The position numbers and the translations under genes were made by a program. Below the pieces are notes generated by a model. The model was not told where the DNA came from. It ran no database searches and worked only from the letters and a program-made list of their open reading frames with translations. Positions 48,757 to 57,180 of a stretch of DNA of 64,000 nt are shown one piece after another. Positions within the stretch are counted from its first letter, which is position 1. Each line of letters starts with the position of its first letter. This DNA comes from Candidatus Altimarinota bacterium. GTDB taxonomy: Bacteria; Patescibacteriota; Gracilibacteria; UBA1369. Location of the stretch: contig OY782391.1 in the NCBI GenBank assembly GCA_963677745.1, positions 736,001 to 800,000 on the forward strand. The letters are read 5' to 3'.

Positions 48757-50202
48757 ATGGCACCAGGTGACGGTAACCCATCAATGGATTCCCCGGTCAA
48801 GGCCGGTGATCAGGCCAGAGTGGAGGCTGTAGAAGCCGCCAAGAGATTTGAGGAACAACAGAAAAAGGCCGAAGAAGAATGGAAAAGACAGCATGTTGAG
48901 GCTGCTACTGAAAGACGTGAGGCTGGACGTGATGCTGTAAAAGATAGTGCCGCCAAAGCACGTGAAGGTATATTTACCCCTGCACCCGTAGCGTCAGCCG
49001 CTCCAACAACTGCACCTTCAACTTCTGAGACCGTCCCTGCTCCTTCGACGAGCCCGGAAGCCGCCCCTCAGGCTGCCCCGGCTCCTGCGGCGACCGCACC
49101 GGCAACTCCTGCGCCCGCTCCCGGTACAACGCCGGCCCCATCAGCAGCTCCCAGCGCTGCTCCTGCCGCCGCACCAACACCATCAGCTGCACCAACCGCC
49201 GCCCCCTCAGCAGCACCAAGTGCCGCACCTTCATCCGCTCCATCATCAAATCCCACCACGACTCCCACCAGCTCCCCTGCTGCGACACCGGGGGCGTCAA
49301 CCCCCACCTCCGGCACGGAAGCACCTCCGGTTCCCCCTCCTCCGGCGGCAGAAGAAGGCTTTGGGGGGAAAATCAAAGAATTTTTCAAAACTTTTCTTGC
49401 AGGAATGTTTGGCGGAAAGATGCCTGACTGGTTAAGTAAATTTTTTGGCGGGAAAGACACGGGCACAGCTACAGCATCAGCTTCCTCCACACCCTCCTCA
49501 ACGCCTGCAGCGTCACCTTCGGGCACATCAGAAAGTTCTCCTGAAAGCGGAAAAAGCTGGCGTGAAGTAGTCAACGCCGAAGCAGCCAGACTTGGTATCG
49601 AGCCGCCTTTTGCGCTGGCCATCGTCACCGTCGAGGCGGGCAAGGAAGGAATACAAAAAGACGGCAATCCCACCATCCGTTTTGAACCCGGATATTTCAA
49701 CAGATTACTGGCCAAAAAAGGCGTCAACGAACGTCATGCCACAGCCAACGGTTACAGTGACAGAAAAGTCGACGGAATCTCCTGTGAAGGAGGACAGGCC
49801 GCCGAGCAGGCCTGTCTGGCCAAAGCAATTTCCATCGATCCCGAGGCTGCCTATCAGTCGGTCAGTATGGGCCTGGGACAGATTATGGGTGAGTATTCAA
49901 AGTCAGCCGGCTATCCGACCGCCGAGGCCATGTATAAGGCCTTCAGTGCTTCCGGTGGTGGAGAAGCCGCCCAAGTGAAGGGCATGTTTAAAATTATCGA
50001 AGGCAGCCCCGCTCATCTCAGGGCCGCCCGCAACAAAGATTTCAGTGCTTTTGCCAACGTTTATAACGGCGCGAAAGTAGGTACTCCCAAACACAGCCAA
50101 TACATGGCGGCCCTGGAAAGAGCCTACCGCAATAATGGCGGAACCGGTGGATCCGGTACGGGTAGTCGCCCCTCCTCCGGCAGTCCCAGCGCAGTGGCGT
50201 AA
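48757..50202 (+). CDS. N-acetylmuramidase (DUF3380/PF11860-like) with a long Pro/Ala/Ser/Thr linker
   Basis: AIVTVEAG..G.P.IRFE..YF, SVSMGLGQIMG, FANVYNG. APSAAP repeats at ~49130-49250. Confidence 0.85.
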   Translation: MAPGDGNPSMDSPVKAGDQARVEAVEAAKRFEEQQKKAEEEWKRQHVEAATERREAGRDAVKDSAAKAREGIFTPAPVASAAPTTAPSTSETVPAPSTSPEAAPQAAPAPAATAPATPAPAPGTTPAPSAAPSAAPAAAPTPSAAPTAAPSAAPSAAPSSAPSSNPTTTPTSSPAATPGASTPTSGTEAPPVPPPPAAEEGFGGKIKEFFKTFLAGMFGGKMPDWLSKFFGGKDTGTATASASSTPSSTPAASPSGTSESSPESGKSWREVVNAEAARLGIEPPFALAIVTVEAGKEGIQKDGNPTIRFEPGYFNRLLAKKGVNERHATANGYSDRKVDGISCEGGQAAEQACLAKAISIDPEAAYQSVSMGLGQIMGEYSKSAGYPTAEAMYKAFSASGGGEAAQVKGMFKIIEGSPAHLRAARNKDFSAFANVYNGAKVGTPKHSQYMAALERAYRNNGGTGGSGTGSRPSSGSPSAVA

Positions 50203-50337
50203 CATCCGCCGCCACTTGATCATTTCCATTCAAATTCAGTTTCGTACCCCAATCCCAATCGCAGCCGCTGACCCCCCCGGTTAAGTTGATAATACCAAAA
50301 GCGGCAGGGGGGAAATTCCCCCTGCCGCTTATCTGCA

Positions 50338-52473
50338 CTAATCAATCAATATCGGTATGATCAGCGGCTGGCGGTCAATCTTGCTGACCACAAACTGATC
50401 CACGCTCTCGCGTATATGCAGTTTGGCCTCTTCATAATTGAATCCGGGATTGGATTTCACGAATTCGGTATAGGATTCGGCTGCTCGGCGGCAAATGCCG
50501 TTGATGATTTCACGTGATTCCTCCATATAGATAAAGCCGCGGGTTTCCACGCGAATTTCTCCGCGTACCGCCCGGGTGTTTTTATCAATGGGAAGAGTCA
50601 GTATGATTACGCCGTTCTCGGCCAGGATCTGCCTGTCCATCATAACCTGCGAACCGATGTCTCCACCGCCCATACCATCAACCAGAATATAATTGGTCTT
50701 AACTTTTTCACCGGTTACTTTGAGTTCGCCGTTGCACATTTCCAGCACGTCACCGTTTTCCACCATGATGGCCCGATTTTCCGGATGGCCCAGTTCATGC
50801 GTCATCAATTCGGCATGGGCTTTTCTCATGAAAAACTCGCCGTGTATCGGCACGAAGTATTTGGGTTTGACCAGACTGAACATCAGTTTCAGGTCTTCCT
50901 GGTGTCCATGCCCGGAAGCATGCACATCCATAATATTGTTATTGATCACCTTGGCTCCCAGTCTGACCAGGTTGTTGGTCACCCGCACCACGGCCATTTC
51001 ATTGCCGGGAATCGGTGTAGAGCTAAGTACAACGGTATCACCTTTTCCGACTTTCACCTGGGCATGTTCGTCCAGAGCCATACGGCTCAAGGCGGCCACG
51101 GGTTCACCCTGCGATCCGGTAGTCAGAATAATCGAATTGTCACCGGGATGTTTCTTGGACTTTTTAATGTCCATGATCAGTCCCTGGGGATATTTGAGAT
51201 ATCCCAGTTCAGCCGCCATCACGCAGTTATCAATCAGGCTCCTGCCGCTCAGGAAGATTTTCCTGTTATGGAGGATAGCTGCGTCGATAATCTGCTGTAT
51301 GCGGCCGATTTGCGATGAAAAAGAAGCGATGATTACTCTTCCTTTGGCCTCCTTGATTATAGTTTCCAAGGTCTGGCCGATTTTCTTTTCGGACATTGTA
51401 TAGCCGGGTCTGGTGGCATTGGTGGAATCACTGAACAGAGCGGTAATATTACGCTCGCCCAGCGCGGCTATTTTGGAAAATTCCGGAGGCATTTGTGCCC
51501 CCGCGGGACTCAGGTCGATCTTAAAGTCGCCAGTATGTACCACCGAACCTGCCGGAGTCTCAATCAAGAGGCCGGAGGCATCGGGTATGGAATGGGTAAC
51601 GCGGAAGAATGAAACTTTCATTTTTCCGAAATAAAGCACGTCGGATTTAAAATCGACCACTTTTAGATTGGCGCTTTGCATCAATCCGTGTTCCTCCAGT
51701 TGTTTGGAAATCAGTCCCATCGTCAATTTGCCGGTATAAATGGGCGGATTGCCCAGTTTATTGAGCAGATAAGGGATTCCTCCAATATGATCCAGATGTC
51801 CGTGAGTTACTACTATTCCTTTGATTTTATTAATCTTATCTTTCAGATAATTAATATCGGGAATCACATAGTCCACCCCCAGCATGTCTGCTTCGGGGAA
51901 TTGAAAACCCAGATCCACCAGGAATATTGCGTCTTCGTATTCGAAGATCATGGTGTTCTTGCCGACTTCATCCAGACCGCCTATCGGTATGATGCGGAGT
52001 TTCCCCCGGGGATCATACGTTTGTTGGGCAGGCTGCGCTTCGCTTGCCCGCCTAAGAGCACTCTGAAACTTGTGCCGCTGGTTGAAATTACCCTGAAAGG
52101 CATTTTTGAAGCCGCCCTTGCGTTTTTTTCCTGCGCCTGGCTGATTTCCACCACCACCGGGACCTTTTTGAGGAGGTCTCTGAGGCGGTTTTTGCCCGCC
52201 CGGCTGATTATTGTGGGTCTGATTGTTCTGGCCGCCGAAATTCCGCTGCATCGCCGGATTGTTCTGCCGTTGGTGGGGGTTGTTCTGCTGCCTTGGTTGG
52301 TTTTGATTGCCTTTTCTTTGTTCAGGGCGGCTATCCTTAAAAAACCCTGTCTTTTGTTCGGGAGTTGACTGTGTCGCTGGTGCTTCTGTCTTTCCTATGT
52401 TTAAAGTTTGCTTTAACCACTGGTCGAGAATATCTAGCTTCTTGCCTTTCTCCTCTTTTCTGAGATCGTCCAT
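50338..52473 (-). CDS. rnj: Ribonuclease J with an N-terminal Q/N/G/K-rich disordered extension
   Basis: GGLDEVGKN, THGHLDHIGG, HSIPD, HTGDFK, GSQGEP, HASGHG, PIHGE. Confidence 0.96.
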   Translation of the reverse strand: MDDLRKEEKGKKLDILDQWLKQTLNIGKTEAPATQSTPEQKTGFFKDSRPEQRKGNQNQPRQQNNPHQRQNNPAMQRNFGGQNNQTHNNQPGGQKPPQRPPQKGPGGGGNQPGAGKKRKGGFKNAFQGNFNQRHKFQSALRRASEAQPAQQTYDPRGKLRIIPIGGLDEVGKNTMIFEYEDAIFLVDLGFQFPEADMLGVDYVIPDINYLKDKINKIKGIVVTHGHLDHIGGIPYLLNKLGNPPIYTGKLTMGLISKQLEEHGLMQSANLKVVDFKSDVLYFGKMKVSFFRVTHSIPDASGLLIETPAGSVVHTGDFKIDLSPAGAQMPPEFSKIAALGERNITALFSDSTNATRPGYTMSEKKIGQTLETIIKEAKGRVIIASFSSQIGRIQQIIDAAILHNRKIFLSGRSLIDNCVMAAELGYLKYPQGLIMDIKKSKKHPGDNSIILTTGSQGEPVAALSRMALDEHAQVKVGKGDTVVLSSTPIPGNEMAVVRVTNNLVRLGAKVINNNIMDVHASGHGHQEDLKLMFSLVKPKYFVPIHGEFFMRKAHAELMTHELGHPENRAIMVENGDVLEMCNGELKVTGEKVKTNYILVDGMGGGDIGSQVMMDRQILAENGVIILTLPIDKNTRAVRGEIRVETRGFIYMEESREIINGICRRAAESYTEFVKSNPGFNYEEAKLHIRESVDQFVVSKIDRQPLIIPILID

Positions 52474-52658
52474 ATCGTAATTTAGTTCTATTTATTATTT
52501 ATTATGTATTTTGAAGGAACTTTACTTCAACTAATTTCATTATACCACGAAACTAGTAAAACATTCTTACATAATATTTACAAAAACACAAGGAGTGTTG
52601 TCCAAAAGCCCCTTCTCGAACGGAGTTTCCGGCTTGGTGGAGGGGATTTGGAGCTAAC

Positions 52659-52686
52659 TGGACAAAAGTAAAAAAGTTGTTATAAT
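52659..52686 (+). promoter_or_regulatory. Sigma70-type promoter for the 52765 small gene
   Basis: TGGACA-N16-TATAAT with an extended -10 TG. Confidence 0.65.
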
Positions 52687-52764
52687 GCAAACGTGTCCAA
52701 AGCTGACTAAGACAATGTCGGTCGGCTGTACGACTGATAAGAAAGGAAAAAAGGCAATAAACAG

Positions 52765-52959
52765 ATGGGGAAAATCTTCTCAAGGGCCGTCATGGGCGTC
52801 GAAGTAGGCGATCACTCCATCGTCATCAACAAAAGGTGGTATCATTTCTGGCGGCTTGCCGCCCTGAGCTACCTTCCGGCGATGGCATTCAACCTCCTGT
52901 TCGGACATCGAACTGTCTACCAGGAGAATTCGGAGGAGATCGAGATATACTTCCTCTAG
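52765..52959 (+). CDS. Small hypothetical protein with atypical codon usage
   Basis: 64 aa. TTC/ATC/GAG/GTC codons dominate. Own promoter, hairpin leader and 3' hairpin. Confidence 0.6.
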   Translation: MGKIFSRAVMGVEVGDHSIVINKRWYHFWRLAALSYLPAMAFNLLFGHRTVYQENSEEIEIYFL

Positions 52960-53030
52960 CCGCATCCTTTCACCGATTGCTCCGCGCTCGCAGTCCAAGC
53001 TGACTCGCGCGGGGCACTTCGTCCTGCCCG

Positions 53031-53834
53031 TTATTCGCTTTGCACCCCTTTCAGAAAACCCTCTCTATATAAATAACTGAGCACCCGTCCGTCTTCGCTG
53101 TACTTTTCCAGAGCTTCCCCGACGCTGATTTCCCCGGCTTTAAGCATCCGGATAATTTCATCGGCCTGCCGTTTGGAGTGTTTGTGCATTTTGTCTTCGC
53201 GCACGATCAAAGACATTCCGATGGTGAATATCACTGCCATCATCATCCAGAACACCGATCTTTCGATTTCCACGCCCAGTGTTTCAAAGGACAGTTTGAC
53301 GCCCACAAAAAACACCAGTTGATAAGCCAGATCCTCCAGTTTCGGAAATCTCTCAATGGCTTTTACAAAGTATCCAGAAAGATATCTCATCAAAATAATT
53401 CCCATTATTCCGCCAAACCACAACACCCACAACTTATCGCTGAAAGCCACGGCGGTGGTAATGCTGTCGATCGAGAATACAATGTCTGTCAGTTCCACGG
53501 CCAGCACCACGCCCCAGAAAGCTTTGGCGGTGGAGTAGGTTTTAACCTCTTTTTCTACCCCGATCCCAAAAAACATGTGCTTGATGGCCAGATAAATCAG
53601 ATATGCGCCGCCCAGCAGCTTGAACACCGTGAATTTAATCAGGTAAGTCGCAAAAATCAGGGCGATAAAACGGAAAATAAAAGCTCCCCAGATACCATAA
53701 CGCAGGGCTTTTTTTCTGGTGTTTTCCGGCAGCGGACGCACCAGAATCGCCAACACCAGGGCATTGTCCACCGACAGAATTCCTTCCAACAGGGCCAGTG
53801 TGACTACCGTCAATATGTCGTGAACATCAAACAT
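53031..53834 (-). CDS. TerC family membrane protein
   Basis: LEGILSVDNALVL, GAFIFR, ELTDIVFSIDSI, GIILMR, FPKLE. Confidence 0.92.
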   Translation of the reverse strand: MFDVHDILTVVTLALLEGILSVDNALVLAILVRPLPENTRKKALRYGIWGAFIFRFIALIFATYLIKFTVFKLLGGAYLIYLAIKHMFFGIGVEKEVKTYSTAKAFWGVVLAVELTDIVFSIDSITTAVAFSDKLWVLWFGGIMGIILMRYLSGYFVKAIERFPKLEDLAYQLVFFVGVKLSFETLGVEIERSVFWMMMAVIFTIGMSLIVREDKMHKHSKRQADEIIRMLKAGEISVGEALEKYSEDGRVLSYLYREGFLKGVQSE

Positions 53835-55360
53835 CAGTCTAATTCGGGATAAAGTCTAAATTTTTCCAGGAGGATTTTAACCTGATTTTTAATGGAAGTC
53901 TTCAGATTATTATCCAGATGGTATTTGGAAAGGGTCGGTTTACCGTCGGGACCCGGTAAGGCCTTGGTAGCAGACAGGACAGCCTGTATCATTCCGGCAA
54001 TTTCTTTCATTTCTTTTGTTCCCATGCCCAGAGTGGTCAGAGCCGGTGTTCCCAGTCGCAGTCCGCTGGTATACCAGACACCTTTCGGGTCAAAGGGAAT
54101 GGCATTGCGGTTCATTGTCAAACCGCATTCGCGCAGGGCGTCTTCGGCCTGGCGGCCGGTCAGTCCGAAACTCTCAAAGACATTGATTTGGAGAAGATGA
54201 TTGTCCGTGCCACCCGTTAATACTTTCATGCCCAGTGTCATACACTCGGCGGCCAAGGCTTGGGAATTTTCAACTATCTGCTGTGCGTACCGGCGGAATT
54301 CCGGCTGGAGAGCCAGTTTGAAGGCCACGGCCTTGGCCGCCATCATCTGCGGCAGCGGGCCGCCCAGCATGGTCGGGCACCCTTTATCCACATATTCGGA
54401 CAGCCACTTTTTGCAGAGTACTATACCGCCGCGCGGCCCGCGCAATGTCTTGTGGGTAGTCGAGGTCACAATATCCGCATAGGGAATCGGATCAAATTCG
54501 CCCTGAAAAACTTTCCCGGCCACCAGCCCGGCAAAATGTGCCATGTCCACCATCAGTACGGCGCCTACCATATCGGCGATTTTCCTCATTCTGGCAAAAT
54601 CGATCTTGCGCGGATAGGCGGAAAAACCGGCCAGCAGAATCAGTGGTTTTACTTCCAGCGCCATTTTTTCGATCACATCATAATCCAGCACTCCGGTTTC
54701 CTTTGATACCGAGTATTGGTGAATTTCAAACAGCCAGGAGGAAATATTCATGCGGTAGCCATGGGTCAGATGTCCGCCCGAACCGATATCCAGAGCCATC
54801 ATTTTCTGATGCAGCGTCTTTTCCCGCAGAGTATCCCAATCCTTGGCCACCAGCCCGCGTATATCCTTGGGGGCCATTTCCGCACCTTTGCCCTGTTTGG
54901 TCAGCATGGCACTCACCTCGTCCAAAAAACCTCGATGCACTTTGGCGGCCAAAATTGCCGTAAAGGCGACCATGTTGGCATCCGCACCGGAATGGGGCTG
55001 TACATAGGCATGCTCTGCCCCGAATAATTCAGTGGCCAGCTTAACCGCTTCTCTTTCAATAGTATCAACATTCTCGCAGCCGGCATAGAAACGTGCACCG
55101 GAAATACCTTCGGCATATTTATCTGTCATCAAATTACCCATGGCCTGTTGTACGGCCAGATTGGAATAATTTTCCGAGGCAATCAGTTTCAGATTGGATC
55201 TTTGATCCGCCAGTTCTTTCAAAATCGCCTCGGCAATCAGCGGATTGACGGCTGTCACAGTGTCCAGGGAAGAATAAAAAGACACCGCTTCACTTCTGGC
55301 GTCGGCGGGTGAACGGTCTTTCAAATAATTTTTCAGATACGATGTAGTTTGCATGTTCAA
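53834..55360 (-). CDS. glyA: Serine hydroxymethyltransferase (long form)
   Basis: LIASENY, KYAEG, QPHSG, GGHLTHG, DMAHFAG, STTHKTLRGPRGG, GTDNHL, SGLRLGTPA. Confidence 0.97.
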   Translation of the reverse strand: MNMQTTSYLKNYLKDRSPADARSEAVSFYSSLDTVTAVNPLIAEAILKELADQRSNLKLIASENYSNLAVQQAMGNLMTDKYAEGISGARFYAGCENVDTIEREAVKLATELFGAEHAYVQPHSGADANMVAFTAILAAKVHRGFLDEVSAMLTKQGKGAEMAPKDIRGLVAKDWDTLREKTLHQKMMALDIGSGGHLTHGYRMNISSWLFEIHQYSVSKETGVLDYDVIEKMALEVKPLILLAGFSAYPRKIDFARMRKIADMVGAVLMVDMAHFAGLVAGKVFQGEFDPIPYADIVTSTTHKTLRGPRGGIVLCKKWLSEYVDKGCPTMLGGPLPQMMAAKAVAFKLALQPEFRRYAQQIVENSQALAAECMTLGMKVLTGGTDNHLLQINVFESFGLTGRQAEDALRECGLTMNRNAIPFDPKGVWYTSGLRLGTPALTTLGMGTKEMKEIAGMIQAVLSATKALPGPDGKPTLSKYHLDNNLKTSIKNQVKILLEKFRLYPELD

Positions 55361-55747
55361 AATTGGTTAATAGATACCAGGTCTGATCGCTCCATGAGGG
55401 GTAAAGCAATGGGGGCAGCCATTGCCGACCGGCCAAAAAAGCCACTTTGTTGTGCAACTAAATCATACTTTATAACCTAAGAAATAAGCTGCCGCCAGAT
55501 TAACACAGGAGTGTTGTCGTGCCAAGAAAAATAGACTTGTGTAGGAGTTTGTGTTGGGAGTATATTCCCGCCTTGCCTTAAAAGGCTGATATTTGATTTT
55601 TAGAACAATTTTTAACCGTAATCAGGAGAGGGCTCTCTGCCGTTAACCAGAGATAACTCCCCGGAAGAACTACGAAGTGGCAAGTTTGGGCACTTGTAGT
55701 CAACCGGAGTGCTGCGTGAACCGGCGAGAGTTCACTCTCTGTCGGTT

Positions 55748-57055
55748 AAGGATTGGTACAAGTCAATGAAGCAGATCAATGTGATCAACTCTCTGACTGT
55801 CGCTGGACTGCTGGCCGCGATCTTCGGCGACGAAAACACGTCGCCGGTTCAGATCAAACTCCAGCGCAACAAGGTTGCGGAGAAGACAGGCCGGTGGGCA
55901 TGGAGCGTCTCGCTGCCTCTGAAAAACGGGGAAGTCGAGAACCTCTTCGAGTCGCTGATTCTGCGTTCGCTGCAGGTCACCAACGACGAGCTGCCCGCCA
56001 CTCTCACCATCACGGCGTGCGCTACGAATGTTGGGTACGAGCCCTGCTTCCAGCTCATCAACTGCACCTTCCTCAAGCGCGGCGTGCGCCGGCTGCGAAG
56101 AGCGTTCACGGAGACCATGGAACGCTGGGAAGCTGCGCGCGGTTGCGTCGCCTGTGCCTGGGAGGTGGGGGGACTTCAGATTCAGACGGAGCTCAAAGCC
56201 ATCCAGCTCAGCCAGTGTGATTCTCCCGGTCTCGTTCACAGCCTTCAGGTCAGGATGCGACCCGTCAACTCTCAGAAGGGGCTCCTGGCCATCATCAAGG
56301 CACAGAGCGAGGACGCCCTGGTGTTCTTCGATTTTGATCGCTCCCTGGCCGAGTCAGGGTTCCGTTCAGCCGTTCAGCAAAAACTGGAGGACTACCTGCG
56401 CAACCTGATCAAGAAGGGCATGGCCGAATGTCTCGACCAGATCCAGGAAGAAGTGGTCGGGTACCACCCCACAATTCTGCTGAAGACACTTTTGGAACTC
56501 GGCGAGCAGCGGGAACGGGTGGAAGAAGCTGGAATCCCCATTACGTTCAATCACCTCCTTCCCGAGTTGATTTCGCGTCTGCAGGAATACCTCGACTACA
56601 AGAAGCAGGCGGAGAAGCCGGGGATTCCCATCACCTTCAACGTCTACAGGTCCGGCGCGCTGGTCGGGAAGCACACCCTCTCCAACAAGGTCATCAAGAT
56701 CGGCCGGACTCCCGGAGATAACGTCGTCCCGCTCCAAGTCAAGGACACTTTCATTCCCGGCATCCACTCCGTGATCGAACAGAGCTGCGGGAGGATCTGC
56801 CTGATCGATCTGGCTACCGAGCTGCCGACATTCGTTAACGGCGAGCCGGTGCCGGGCAAGCGCAACCTGCACAGCGGCGACCAGATCGGGGTGGGAGACC
56901 TCTTCACCATCAAGGTGGAGTTCCAGGAAACCGCCACCGATGACGTCCCGGCCCAGGAGGCCTTCGCTGCACCTGACCCCGAGACTGCTTCGTCGCAGTT
57001 CGACAACCAGCCCGCCTAGTCACCCGCAGTCGGCCCGGCCTTTGTACCAATCCTT
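55748..57055 (+). repeat. Perfect 14-bp inverted repeat bracketing the FHA gene
   Basis: aaggattggtacaa (55748-55761) and ttgtaccaatcctt (57042-57055). Confidence 0.85.
55766..57019 (+). CDS. Protein with a C-terminal FHA domain, GC-rich
   Basis: VIKIGR...IHSVIE...LIDL...TFVNGE..LHSGDQIGVG. ATG at 55766 follows AAGGA. Confidence 0.8.
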   Translation: MKQINVINSLTVAGLLAAIFGDENTSPVQIKLQRNKVAEKTGRWAWSVSLPLKNGEVENLFESLILRSLQVTNDELPATLTITACATNVGYEPCFQLINCTFLKRGVRRLRRAFTETMERWEAARGCVACAWEVGGLQIQTELKAIQLSQCDSPGLVHSLQVRMRPVNSQKGLLAIIKAQSEDALVFFDFDRSLAESGFRSAVQQKLEDYLRNLIKKGMAECLDQIQEEVVGYHPTILLKTLLELGEQRERVEEAGIPITFNHLLPELISRLQEYLDYKKQAEKPGIPITFNVYRSGALVGKHTLSNKVIKIGRTPGDNVVPLQVKDTFIPGIHSVIEQSCGRICLIDLATELPTFVNGEPVPGKRNLHSGDQIGVGDLFTIKVEFQETATDDVPAQEAFAAPDPETASSQFDNQPA

Positions 57056-57180
57056 TTGCTCTTCGTGAGCGTCTGGTCTGCCAACCAGAAAATCTTCGAC
57101 AGGGGGAAAATAATCACCGGCCGGGCAGGGTCGGTGATTTTCAATATCCGTTGATTCTAAAATATTTCCCAGCCGGAAGC

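Noticed and set aside
48970-49340. Tandem-repeat or CRISPR-like periodicity
   Set aside because: These are degenerate APSAAP coding repeats in the muramidase linker. No constant repeat-spacer array or cas gene is in the window.
55361-55500. Possible ZTP, THF or SAH riboswitch upstream of glyA
   Set aside because: Only a short hairpin (gcaatgg..ccattgc) and a GGAGCG fragment are present. The conserved cores of these aptamers could not be matched. An Rfam scan would settle it.
55748-57055. Retron a1/a2 repeats or IS terminal inverted repeats
   Set aside because: There is no reverse transcriptase or transposase in the window, the enclosed ORF is an FHA protein, and no target-site duplication was seen. 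Kept as an RNA-pairing finding instead.
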